This document shows, piece after piece, positions 11,436 to 22,944 of a stretch of 64,000 bases of DNA; within the stretch, counting starts at the first letter, position 1; every line of letters begins with the position of its first letter. The position numbers and the translations under genes were made by a program. The stretch is from Selaginella moellendorffii (lineage: Eukaryota > Plantae > Lycopodiophyta). The notes below the pieces were generated by a model. That model ran no database searches. It saw only the letters and a list, made by a program, of their open reading frames with translations, and was not told the DNA's origin. Where the stretch lies: the NCBI RefSeq assembly GCF_000143415.4, contig NW_003314279.1, positions 1,416,457-1,480,456 on the forward strand, given 5' to 3'.

Positions 11436-12934
11436 TCACGCATCGTCCAGCGCAGCCACGCCGGGAAGTATCCTCCCTTCGAGCAGCTCCAAGCTCGCGC
11501 CACCTCCGGTCGATATGTGGCTCATTCGATCCGCCACGCCCGCTTTCTCCACCGCCGCCACGGAGTCCCCGCCGCCGATGATCGTCGTCACCCCCTTGTC
11601 GCTCAACTCCGCGAGCTTTGCCGCGATGGCCTGTGTCAAACCAATCGACTGTGAGCGTCCTGCGTGAGTGGAAAAGCTTGCGTACCTCGGTTCCAACCGC
11701 GAAGTTCTTAAACTCGAACACTCCCATGGGACCATTCCAGATGATCGTGTTTGTGGAGTTCAAAGCCTGGCTAAACGCCTTGATGGAGTCTGGTCCGATG
11801 TCAAGGCCCATCCATCCATCGGGAATTGCCGAAGCAGACACAATCTAGCCAGCAAAAACCAGATCTTAGAGACGAAATCCAAGTGTTCTTGAGCGTACCT
11901 TGCTGCTGGCATCTGGTGCAAACTTATCGGCCACGACCACGTCGGTCGGAAGCAGCAGAGTGACACCCTTGAGCTTGGCTTTCTCCATGAGCTTGGTCGC
12001 GAGGATGAGCTTGTCCTCCTCGACGAGCGACGAGCCCACGGAGAGCCCCTGGGCTTTGAAGAAAGTGAAGATCATACCTCCTCCCAGCAGCAAAACGTCG
12101 CACTTCTCGAGCAGCGACTCCAAAACTCCGATCTTGGACGAGACTTTGGAGCCACCCACGATCGCAGCAAAGGGCCGCCTTGGATTCGAGATCGCCCCGA
12201 CCAAGTAGTCGAGTTCCTGGCAAATGAAACGATCGAAGAAAGCAAAACTTAGCGAAGAGCTCGCAAAGAAAGAATCAAACTCTTACCTTTTGCATGAGAA
12301 ATCCAGCCACAGAAGGCTTCAAGTACTTGGTGATCCCTTCCGTGGACGCGTGAGCCCTGTGCGCGGTGCCAAACGCATCGTTGACATACAAATCGGCCAG
12401 CGCTCCCAGCTTCCGGGCGTGCTCCTCATCGTTCTTCTCCTCCTCGGGATGGAAGCGCAGATTCTCGAGCAGCAGCACGCCGCCATCGTCGAGCGCCGCG
12501 ATCTTCGCCTCCACCTCCGTGCCCACCGAGTCATCGGCGCGGTCAACCTATCGCGAGTCAATAGAGACTTTGTAGAGAACGAAGAACCCTAAATTTCTAC
12601 CTTGACCCCGAGAAGCTCTGAGAGGCGTCCAACGAGAGGGGCGAGGCAGCAGCTCTTGGTGTATCCCTTGGGTCGCCCCTGGAAAGAAAGAAAAACGCCA
12701 GCGATGGGAAGGGATTGATCGATCGATCCAGCTTACCAGGTGGCTTGCAAGGATGATCTTTGCTCCAAGGCGGCGGAGGTACTGGATCGTCGGCACCGCC
12801 GCTCGCAGCCGCGTATCATCCGTGATGTTGAACTCGGCGTCGAGGGGGACATTGAGATCGGCGCGCAAGAACACGCGCTTGCCCTTCACATCGGCTTCCG
12901 TGAGATCGCCCACGCTCTTCTTCGTCACCGCCAT
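11436..12934 (-). CDS. PGK: Phosphoglycerate kinase, cytosolic type (no transit peptide), multi-exon
   Basis: [82 protein letters not shown] and [15 protein letters not shown], spread over short-intron exons. Confidence 0.97.
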
Positions 12935-13049
12935 CGCCAATGGATAGATCGATCGATCGCTCCTTCTTCCTCGCCTAAAAAGTTTAAGGGAAATTAATTG
13001 GAGAGAACGTTCTACAAATAGCGTCAGTAAAGTTGCGTATTTGCATTTG

Positions 13050-14801
13050 ATGTCATGTTTTTCCGCGCAAAAGGAACCACAGGATGGGGCTTCCACCGCT
13101 GCCCTAAACTTGAAATTTCAAAGTCAAATCTTTCCCGCGGACATCCGACGGCTGCGATTAATGCCTTCCGATTTGCTCGCGGCAAACCGCTTGATTCAGT
13201 CGTACGGCAAGGCTGGCGACGTCGTGCGCGCGCGGAGTGTCTTCTCTGCACTCGGAGAGAAGAGGAACTTGTATTCGTGGGTTTTGCTCCTCACGGCTTA
13301 TGCCCAGAATGGGCATCTGGAGGAGGCGAAGCGGTTATTTGATGGAATGCCCCAGCACAGCACGGTGGCTTACCGCGCACTTCTTGCATTCTTTGCAAAA
13401 GCGAATAGAATGCACGAAGCACAATATTTGTTTCACAATATGCCAGAATGGGATCTGGTTTCTTGGAATACTCTTCTTTTGGCATATGCCCAAGATGGGC
13501 AAGTTGAAAGAGCAAAAGCACTTCTTAGTTTAATGAAGGAGAGAGACTTGGTCACCCTATCCACAATACTAAAGGCGTTTTGTCAAGATTTTGATCTAGT
13601 TTCAGCTGAACAATTGTTCCTAAACATGCCAGAGAGAGATATTATTGTGTGGAGCTCCATGCTTACAGCGTATGCCCAAAGTGGGCGTTTTGCAAAATCT
13701 AGGCATGTGTTTTACTGCTCCATGCACGAGTGGAATCTTGCCTGTTGCAACGCAATGCTGTCTGCTTATGGTTCAGACGCAAGAGAAAATCTCGAGGAGG
13801 CCAAAGATTTGTTTTTTCGGGGTATGAAAGAGCACAATCTTGTGTCTTGCAATTCGATGCTAGCGATTTACTCCCTGTGCGGGCATGCTGAGGAGGCCCG
13901 GATCCTCTACGAAAAAATGCCCGAAAGGAGCATCGTCTCTAGCACCACACTGCTTGCTGCGTTAGTTTCTAGAGGTCAAGTGGATGAGGCAATGGAACTG
14001 TTTAGTAGAATGAAGGATTTGGATCTGGTTTGCTCGACCGTGATGCTCTCCGGTCTCTCTCGGAATGGAAATCTAGTAGAATTAAGGCGCCTCTTCCAAG
14101 CTATGGAACAACACGACATTATCTCCACGAATGTTCTTCTTGATGCTTATGCCCAAACTGGAAAAGTCGAGGAACTCGTTTGTGTCTTTAACCAAATGCC
14201 AGAATGGAACATTGTTTCCTTTAATACCATGCTTCACGCGCTTTTGGTCTGCCATAGAACAGATGAACTTAAAATACTATTTGATTCAATGCAAGAAAAC
14301 GATCTAGTCTCGTGTAACATCATGGTTTCTGCATATGCTCAAGCAGGGCATATGCACATCGCGGAGCAAGTGTTCCATGGAATGAGGCAGCGAGATATCA
14401 TATCATGGAACACTATGCTATCTGGATACGTTCTTAATGGGTTACCTGGAAAGGCACAAAGGCTCTTTGCTCAAATGCCTGAGACAAATGTGGCATCTTG
14501 GAATTCATTGCTGAATGGAAGTAAGGGCTTAAGAGCTGTAAGACTTTTAAATGAGTTGAGCTTGGTTGAAATGCCTGATGAGATATCTTTTGTTTCTATT
14601 TTGCTTGTGTGCAATCACTTAGGAAATGTAATGGATGCTTGCTCTAATTTTTGTTCTGTTACCAATGACTATGGTCTAAAGAGAATAATACGACATTACA
14701 GTTGCATGGTTGACGTTCTTGGCAGAGCAGGGTATTTGGACCTTGCAGAGTATCTAATTGATGTAATGCCATTTGTTCCAGAACCATGGATTAAAGTTTA
14801 A
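13050..14801 (+). CDS. PLS-class pentatricopeptide repeat protein, truncated at the start of the E domain
   Basis: Intronless ORF of ~31-aa repeats ([20 protein letters not shown]). It ends [35 protein letters not shown], without the W..LL..C E-motif. Confidence 0.9.
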   Translation: MSCFSAQKEPQDGASTAALNLKFQSQIFPADIRRLRLMPSDLLAANRLIQSYGKAGDVVRARSVFSALGEKRNLYSWVLLLTAYAQNGHLEEAKRLFDGMPQHSTVAYRALLAFFAKANRMHEAQYLFHNMPEWDLVSWNTLLLAYAQDGQVERAKALLSLMKERDLVTLSTILKAFCQDFDLVSAEQLFLNMPERDIIVWSSMLTAYAQSGRFAKSRHVFYCSMHEWNLACCNAMLSAYGSDARENLEEAKDLFFRGMKEHNLVSCNSMLAIYSLCGHAEEARILYEKMPERSIVSSTTLLAALVSRGQVDEAMELFSRMKDLDLVCSTVMLSGLSRNGNLVELRRLFQAMEQHDIISTNVLLDAYAQTGKVEELVCVFNQMPEWNIVSFNTMLHALLVCHRTDELKILFDSMQENDLVSCNIMVSAYAQAGHMHIAEQVFHGMRQRDIISWNTMLSGYVLNGLPGKAQRLFAQMPETNVASWNSLLNGSKGLRAVRLLNELSLVEMPDEISFVSILLVCNHLGNVMDACSNFCSVTNDYGLKRIIRHYSCMVDVLGRAGYLDLAEYLIDVMPFVPEPWIKV

Positions 14802-16605
14802 TCCTAAGCATTTATTTTAAATAAATATCTTAAATGCTCTAATAATCTCTCTTGCTTGGTCGGATCACTTGCCTCCAAGCTTGGTGGTGGTGCCAACTTC
14901 TACTTGTCACTGGAGGAGGGCTAGTTTGACCTCTCATCGGCCTGATAAGCTGGTGAAGTACTTAACAAATGGATTTAATGTCAGAGCATTGCCAATACCA
15001 TATGAGGTAAATATGGCGGCACTTTATCTAACATTAAACTAAGAGCCACTATACTAAGAAACCCTTAAACTTAAAGTTTTTTGTCGCAATTTTATCAAAG
15101 TTGGTGCTTCTGCCATAGCAACTTCTCGAAAACTCTTGCTGCCTCTTGCATTCCATAGAGCACCATATTGGATCGTGAAGTGGCTGCAAGTAAAAGTCAT
15201 GGTGCTAAGTTTTTCTTGGGACTTGCACCTGGTACATTTGCAACAAGATGTTACTCCATGACATTTTTGCAAAAAGCCTAGGCTATAGTGGATATTCCAA
15301 AAATATCCAAGTATATCCTAGAATATTCTTTAATCTAATATAAACTGTTTACTTGAGCTTGCTTTGCTTAGAGCTTTTAAGAAATGGACATTTAGGCAAG
15401 ACAGTAGAACAACTTATTTATCACACACTTCGTACTAGAAGGAGAAAATTATGGTCTCTACATTTCGAATCAAAACAATTGCTGAGGATTTACTTACACA
15501 AGACTTGTAACTTTAAGTCACTAAACAACACCTCTTCACTCCAGTTCCTTTCTTTGAGGAATCTAGGGCTTCCCTCATGTGCTCACAAAAAAGAGAGTTG
15601 TCAGTCTAGAGGACAAGATAAACACCTTTTGGCCACTTCCAACTTATCATCCTCACTTTAAAAAAACTCCTAGGACTTAAGAAGAAAAAATCAAATTTTG
15701 AGTATATAACTTGTCAAATATAGCATCTTCCAGAATTCCAGCATAACGGCTTACTAACACATTTCAAAGAGTTACCTTTGTTGGCATATTCTATTATTGA
15801 CGTGTCTGCACTCGTTAAGAGTTAAGAGTTCATTTAAACTGAAAATCCCACCTCATATGATTTATCAGTTCTGAACATTATATCGCACTACCCAAGCCAC
15901 AGTATACCCTTGTTCATCTTGAGCTGCAGTGCGGTGGTGGCAGTGGAAGCAGCCACCACGGGAAATGGTACCACTCCTCCTGCTCAACATTGCTGTGATT
16001 GTCCTGCTCATTAAGCAAGATGCTGCACCTATGATTAAAACCATCCGATTTCTTCACCAAGCTCTCTTATTTCAAAACCAAAGGAATGGTCCCATGGAGT
16101 TCTTGTTGATCTTCTTTTATTATTTGGCTGCTTTGGTTAGATCTCCAAAGAAGGTTGCTAAAAACCTAATCATGAGTTAGAACTTACTATATAGGCATGT
16201 GTTACTATAAAAGTGTTTCACATTGCTATTGACAGAACCCTGATGCATGTGTGGTTGGTTTTGAAACCATTTCTGCCTACTATTGTCAAAGTCAAGAGGT
16301 TGCATTAGTTCAAGTGGCTGATTAAGGACAATATTCCAGTTCTAACATTGTTAAATATTAGGACATATTAGTGGTGATTTAGTGACGTTTAACCATCATG
16401 ACTCCAAGCTCTAAGTCATAAGTATCTTGAAATATGGATATATCCTGAAAACATGCCAAAGGAAAAGCATTTAAGATGTATTTCAACTAGGATACTAGGA
16501 TGTATGGTTCATTTGCAAGAATGTTAAATTGAGATTAAACAATAGCTGCGATGTATTTATTGGAAATTCAAAGCAAACTAAGCGTCTTTAGAATTAAGTT
16601 ATAAA

Positions 16606-17475
16606 CTAACATGAAGTTTTAGTTTCCCATAGCAATTCCAATAAAGGATATTTATGAAATTGTTTTTGTCTATTTCTATATAAAACTAAATTACAGTCAT
16701 TTTTTAATACTAAAAATGTACTCATAAGGCAATAAGGTTGTGGTTTACAGTATTTATTCACTGACCATACAGCTTTATTATCACTCGAATAAAGCACTAT
16801 ATTTCCATCAAATTGTATTTTTAAATAACAATTACTTCCTTGCCTAGAAGTGCCAGTCAACCATTTTACATTATTATAAACATATAAAACCAAATTACAA
16901 TCTATATGCAAATAGAGAATTGCTTTTCCATTAGAGGATGTTAAGAACTCAGAAGAGAATAAACTTTTATATGGGATATGCATTGTACTTTTATAGATAT
17001 TGCACCTAGGTGTGTTATGAAATCCAAGTAATTGCTCCTGATTATGTCGATAATTGATTATCATATACTCAAACCCATAAAGATATGTAACAATTGTAAT
17101 AAATGATGCTCGTAATCTTATTAATATTTCATATGTTTGAGTAAAAAGGGTTGCAAGTGTATATCGTGCATGAAATCCATTCTCATTTTCTCCATTCGGA
17201 TTTAGAGTACATGTATTTTCATCAAATAAGTATAAGCTAACTTGTACATTGTAAATAATTCCTCCATTGGTAATAGTTGTTAAAACATTTATATGCTGAC
17301 CTCTTGTTAAATTATCATTTGGTATATTCATAATAGCAGCTGAAATTTGACTTAGAATATATAGTGTACTATTTAGAGTAAGTGCATCCACAATTCCATA
17401 GTCATACTCAAAATCTATAGCAAGATTTTGAAAAGGGAAGAAGAAAACATAAAGTGAATATAGAAAAAAATTCAT
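16606..17475 (-). CDS. Secreted protein: signal peptide, uncharacterised N-terminal domain, C-terminal bulb-type (GNA-like) mannose-binding lectin
   Basis: 289-aa open frame in very AT-rich DNA with a hydrophobic N-terminus. Three lectin subdomains: HIDCNLVLY, QFDGNIVLY (intact QxDxNxVxY) and KNDCNLVLY...LLWET. Confidence 0.8.
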   Translation of the reverse strand: MNFFLYSLYVFFFPFQNLAIDFEYDYGIVDALTLNSTLYILSQISAAIMNIPNDNLTRGQHINVLTTITNGGIIYNVQVSLYLFDENTCTLNPNGENENGFHARYTLATLFTQTYEILIRLRASFITIVTYLYGFEYMIINYRHNQEQLLGFHNTPRCNIYKSTMHIPYKSLFSSEFLTSSNGKAILYLHIDCNLVLYVYNNVKWLTGTSRQGSNCYLKIQFDGNIVLYSSDNKAVWSVNKYCKPQPYCLMSTFLVLKNDCNLVLYRNRQKQFHKYPLLELLWETKTSC

Positions 17476-17676
17476 TTCTTTTCCAATACTAAACTCTTAG
17501 TTGATAGAAAATGAAATACATTTCGTCTCCATTTTTCTTGTACTATACTTTAAAAGAATAAAACAATATTACAAATGTAAAGTTAACATTGTTATGCTCA
17601 GTGTTTGACAAGGCAAAGTGGAAGTAAAAGTTAAAAATACTTTTACGTTGTCTGTTTCTCTTAGTTTTACATCTTC

Positions 17677-20118
17677 TCAAAACGAGCTAAGCGATCTCCA
17701 GTTCAACGCATCTTCCTGCATGACAAATGTACACAACGTCAAAACTTATTTCAAACTTTCCTTGATTGTACCTGTGATTGCGAGGGTAGATAAACATCGT
17801 CTTGCAGATCCTCATCGTTGCCATTGTCCATGGCACCTTCGTCTCCTGCTGGAAACTAGACACCAAGACACCAAGACGATCAAACTCTACCAAGCACGTA
17901 TAGCAAGCAAGTAAAAAACTTACTGGTATGATGTCGTCCTCGAAATCCCTCAGGCCTTGACCATGATCATCCTCGAGTGATTCAGGAAACTCCGGTGCTT
18001 GTTCAAGAAGAACTAAGTCGGTGGATCCAGTTACAGATTTTAGAAACTGCTTTGCGAAGAATGAATCTTCCAGACTAGGAGAGAACTTGACAGGAAGCTC
18101 TTCGAGTTCGGTGGATCCCGCTTCCTCGGCTTCGTTGAGAAATCCAACTTTTGACAAGCCTGCTATATCAACCTTGAGATCGTCTAGCTGCGCTGAGCTG
18201 AGATTCGTCGATATATTTGCTGCTTCTTCATCTGCTTGACTAGAAGAAGTGTTCTTCGACAAGCCCGTATCAACTTTGAGCTCGGCTAGCTGCCTGTCAA
18301 GAAGCGAGCCCAGACTTGTGGACACCGTTTCCGCTTGACTGGAAGTTGTATCCTTGGACAAGCCTGCCATCTCCGCGAGAGCTCGCAAGGAAGCCTCCAA
18401 TCTTCGAAGACGTTTCCAGTCGAGCTGCTTGGAGTCGCAAGCCAGGTAGTGGAAGCCAAAGTTCAGAGACTCGTGGTACCCGCCGAGAGGAACAAAGCCT
18501 TGCAGCTCATGGTCCTCCCAGAGAGCGTCGCGTCTTCCCTGCGTGAGCTCCTCCTGGCTCACGGAGAGCCTTGACAAGGATTCCTCTGAGAAGACACTGA
18601 GCGCCTGGAAGAAGCTCTCCGCCCGCTCCAAGGCATCCAGGAAGCTCCTCCTGAGCTCGTCGGACTCTGCGGTGGCCCGCACGGTGTCCTCGCTGCCTGC
18701 GAGCCATGCTGTGAAGATGACGAGCGCCGGGAGCATGGTTGGATCGCCGATCGCCGCCAGCGTGCGCACGGCTTTGAATGCGCACGCGAGAGTCTCATGC
18801 AGCGAACTCCTTGGCGGAGAAGTCTTGCAGACGAGGCCGAGATGGAAGTCTTCGATGGAGCACGCTAGTATCGTCACGATCTGTATTCCCAGGAAAGCTT
18901 TTCCCCTGGTTGGCTCTGCTGGATCGCAAACTTTAGAGGGAGTTCCCACCGATCGCTCGAGTTCGTTCAGAGTGCCATCCAGCACCTTCTGCAAATTGTC
19001 GAAACTGCAAGCGTATCAAAACCATTTGCGTGTCTCAAGCTAATGCACTCACCCAGTTTTCAGGAGTAAGATCTCGAAGAGCCTCAAGAGATTGTCAAAG
19101 TTGGACGATCCTTGGCTGGCTTCAGCGATGGCGTCCGACTGAAAAATCCCCATCAACTTCTCTCATCGTGCTCAACAAATGGATACCTTACTCTCCAGAA
19201 GAAGGAGAAGGTTGCTGTGGCTCGTTGGAGACGGCATCTTCACAAACAAGCTCCTCAGATAGTGATACACAGCACGAACTCTATCTCCCGCATGGGTCGC
19301 CAGGATCGCCAGCTAGAGATCAAACTCTTAGAACCGAAAGAACGAACAGAAAAACAATCGAGATCGTCGCACCTGGCCATGCGCTCCACCTTCGCAGTGA
19401 CAAAGCCTCGAGGCTTGCACGTAGTAGTCCTCCGCGGTGGAATAGTTCCTCTTGCCAAGGCTCACTCCATACACTTCCCTGTAGCGAGCCAAGTCCCCGA
19501 GGCGCAGTAGCAGCCGGTGACAAGTCTCGCGGAACTCTCTCGCCTCGCTCTCGTCCAAGCTCTTGTCACAGCTATCCGAGACGATCCCACCGAGGCCATG
19601 CCTCACTCTCACCCTGGAAACAAGCTCCGAGTAGAAGTTGGAGCTGCTGGCTATGAAGTCGATCAAAGGCGCCACCACATTCTTGAGCGTCTTCTTGCCG
19701 ACGCGGTCGCCCTTTTGCTTCTCGGCGGCTCTTTGCATCTGGGAGCGAAACTCCGTGATCTTGGCGTGGTGGGCTTTCCAGAGCGCCTTCTCGATCTCGG
19801 AGCTGAGGGAAGGAGCAGCCAGGAGAGGGCCGTAGCCATCGTCCCGGAGCGCGTGGACCTCTTTGAGATCCGCGTCTTTGCTCTCGAGCTTGGCTTTGAG
19901 ATCTCTCTCGGCCTGGCTGAGCAAAGTGAGCAAAGAAGATTTGCGGCAGCGATAGATAGATACCTGGGAGGAGTCGATGCGGCGGTGCTTGGAATGTCGG
20001 CTTCGCTGCTCCTCCGGGGTGGTTTCTTGCGTGCGCAGTCTCTACAGAAATCTCTCACTCACTCGAGAAACAGAAAGAGTGAAACACACACCTTTCTCTT
20101 GCGCTTCTCCATCGCCAT
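17677..20118 (-). CDS. SMG7/EST1-like protein (Est1 N-terminal and TPR/14-3-3-like domain), multi-exon
   Basis: IEKALWKAHH, CHRLLLRLGDLARYREVYG, AEDYYVQASRL..G.AH.QLAILAT..D..AVYHYLRSL match SMG7/EST1. A spliced frame can be kept open from ATG 20118 to TGA 17677. It has a ~33-aa internal repeat (GLSK..SSQA..LKVD). Confidence 0.8.
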
Positions 20119-20120
20119 TT

Positions 20121-20128
20121 TAGGGTTT
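20121..20128 (-). promoter_or_regulatory. Telo-box (AAACCCTA) immediately upstream of the SMG7-like start
   Basis: TAGGGTTT at 20121-20128. The same motif is at 40178-40185 before the duplicate copy. Confidence 0.45.
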
Positions 20129-20136
20129 AGAGGCTG

Positions 20137-20300
20137 CGCCTGTGCTGCCACCTCGGGCTCCTGGAGACGAGCCACGAGTACGACTTTGGGATCAGGAGCA
20201 CTACTGCTGCATGGTCACTCGGGCCAGCTTGAGGAAGCCCACGACTTGATTGAGAGCATGCCGTTTCTTCCCAGCGAGGAGCTTGCTAGGCGCGTGCGTA
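20137..20300 (+). pseudogene. PPR S2/E-domain fragment with several deletions
   Basis: CCHLGLLETS..DFG..EHYCCMV..LEEAHDLIESMPFLPSE, nearly identical in DNA to the corresponding part of the 49805-52807 gene. Confidence 0.8.
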
Positions 20301-20389
20301 GACCGAGCACAATAGAAGGCTTGTAGCGATCATCCCCTAGAGTTTCTTCCCTAAGCCGTGGACACACTCTCGTCTTCTATTTTTTGACA

Positions 20390-20691
20390 CAATGGAATCC
20401 AGAAGTCTCAAACACCACCCTGGAAAGCTTGGAACCGATTCGAGTCGCGCACAACGATCTGGCGCTTAAAGTATAAGCTTGGTTGCGGTGTGGCAGTAGG
20501 ACTCGCACCGCTGTTCCTGGAGCGGTGCTCATCATCCCAAACGCGATGGTCAGCTTCTCGTTGTGCAAGCAAACCAGCTGCTCTTTCACCTCGGTCTGGA
20601 GAGTAGCCCCGCTCCACCACTTCCACAGCTCCTCGTAGATCTCGTCGTTCTTGGGATCTCCAACGACAAACTTGTGGTTGACCTTGATCAA
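20390..20691 (-). pseudogene. PPR E+/DYW-domain fragment with deletions and frameshifts
   Basis: HKFVVGD.PKNDEIYEEL, EQLVCLHNEKLTIAFGMMSTAPGT, KRQIVVRDSNRF..FQGGV..DFW. Collinear with 49805-50200. Confidence 0.85.
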
Positions 20692-22499
20692 GCTTAATTA
20701 AAAACTTAGTTTTATATATAATCATGGTATTTGAGTTACAAGAACAATAAAGAAGACAATACAAAAGCTCATTCCTCAATGAGCTTTTGTATTGTCCTCT
20801 TTCTTGTTCTTCCATTTCTTTTTTTTTTGTTTTTTTTTTCTTTTATTTTTTTCCTTCTTTTCATTCATTTTCATGGTTTCCTCCTCTTTTGACAATGGAG
20901 TAGCAATTGATGGCAACATTTATGATAGGTTTTTTAGCTTTACTGTTAATCTTCAAGTCTAGTTAAATTTTCTCTATAGGAATTCTGAGGATGATGTATA
21001 TTATTAGTTTAATCATTTTATAGTGATTACTATTTATCATTTTTGGGATGATGCCTGATTGATGTTTACATGAGTTAGAAACTATGTTACAATAATATAA
21101 TGCTTTGGGCATAGTTATTTGTGCAGATTGGAGTCTTTTCTCATATATCTTCAAATGCATATTTAGACATGCTGACAACTATAACGATACATTACAATAA
21201 TTGCATTGTTTTTGTTAAGGACCTTTTGAATCAATTATGTATTTTGTTTTTACTTTCGAAGCTTTTTGCTTCATGAGAGTATAATATGTTAGAGTGGATT
21301 AAGTTTGGAATGTTATAACTAGTACTTCATCATAATCTTGTAGAACTTATGCATGCATTTGCCCCAACTGATGTTCTTCGATTGATATAATATTATAAGA
21401 CATCACTTTTTCCATTTATTGTACACATGCTTTAACTCCACTTCCTATAGATCCTTTTGTTCTAATAAAGATTTATATTATTGTTATTCATATTTAAAAA
21501 TAAGGGCAAAGATATAGTTGTGGCTGTGATATTCACTATTAGGCATGTGATGAGGTTAGCCACATATATCAACATGTCAATATTTCCCAAATTGGCATTT
21601 TTATTTCCTTGGGGGAAGCCTTGGTGTCAACAACATTATGTTGGTGTTATTGTAGTGGAAAGTCTTGACATAAAAATTCTTCTAAGAAATTAAGAGTAAC
21701 ATGAGTAATGAATGGTATTTATGCAAAATCAAAAGTATTAGTAAAAGGTTCACTTGGCACTAATTCATCTAGTATTTATTTTTCAAGCTCATTTTTATAA
21801 TAAGAAATCCCTTATTATTCTCTTTACATTGGTCAATACATGTTTGAGTTTATCTTTTATTACTTATTTTATTGCTATATATTTCTGTTATGACGGGAAA
21901 ATCTTTAACCAAAAATGACATATTCAAAATTAAGATATATAAGTATATATACAAAACCATCTCTAATATACCTCTACCATTACCACTTTATTATTTTACC
22001 ACCACTTTTTTTCTATAATATAATATTTAAAGTCAACTAATTTTTCCTTTTCATATCTTATATCCTATTTCCTATCTACTCTATCATAAGTTTTATCTTT
22101 CACCACCTTTATAAAGTGATTTGCTATATAACTCTCACATTTAAGTATACCCTCTACCTTACAAAGATTTTTTGCCACTATTCAAAAATGTTTTCTTAAT
22201 CATCTAAATTTGCCATATTTTTTACAATAATATTTTATGATATTAACAACAAAATAAAAAATAATCTATAGACTATATAAGGAGCCCTTCAACATTAGAG
22301 TATGGAGTGTGGAGAGATTTTAGTCTAAGTTTTCTTTTTTAGTTTTACAATGCTTTTTTGTTTTGAGTTTTACTTCCTTGAAAAATATAGAAATTAAGAG
22401 TTAGTAAAAATCCTTCTCTTTTCTCTTTCTCTCAAAACATAAGATATATAGAGATAATGTGCTACTATGTTGTAAATATAACTACATGTATCAAAAGTT

Positions 22500-22740
22500 A
22501 TCTATTAGTGAGTTATTTTGGATATTTTTCTCTTACTGCCACAATAATAGGATTGCTAGCCCTTTTATCAATCTCTACCCAAGTTCGTTGAAAAACTAAC
22601 ATTATATGTCGGATAAACATAAGGTAGGAACTTCTATGTGTTTCTTTATCCCAAATGTGACTACAGCTAATCCTTTAGAATATTCTTTCCTTACTGCCAC
22701 GACAGCAGGAAGTTAGAATTGCTAGACCCTTTATTAGTTC
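22500..22740. repeat. Dispersed AT-rich repeat with internal duplication; another copy at ~47990-48140
   Basis: gatattttt..ttactgccacaata...ataaggtaggaact.ctatgt.tttctt is shared with 47995-48140, and ttactgccac...tgctag.ccct is repeated at ~22690. Confidence 0.55.
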
Positions 22741-22944
22741 TTTTTGTGCTAGCAAAGTTAACCGGACATTTGGAGTGTATCAGACCTGACACGTATAAGG
22801 ACACAATTAATAAAGAGTAGAATTATTTATATAAAATAAATTAAATTTAAAATATATAATTTATTTATATATAGTTTTTCAAATAAAAAATTATTCTTAT
22901 TATTATATTTTTTTTCAAAATAGTTAAAAACTAAAATTTCAGCA

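Noticed and set aside
12935-13096. N-terminal extension of PGK as a plastid transit peptide
   Set aside because: It overlaps the divergent PPR start, lacks transit-peptide composition, and [11 protein letters not shown] matches the cytosolic PGK start.
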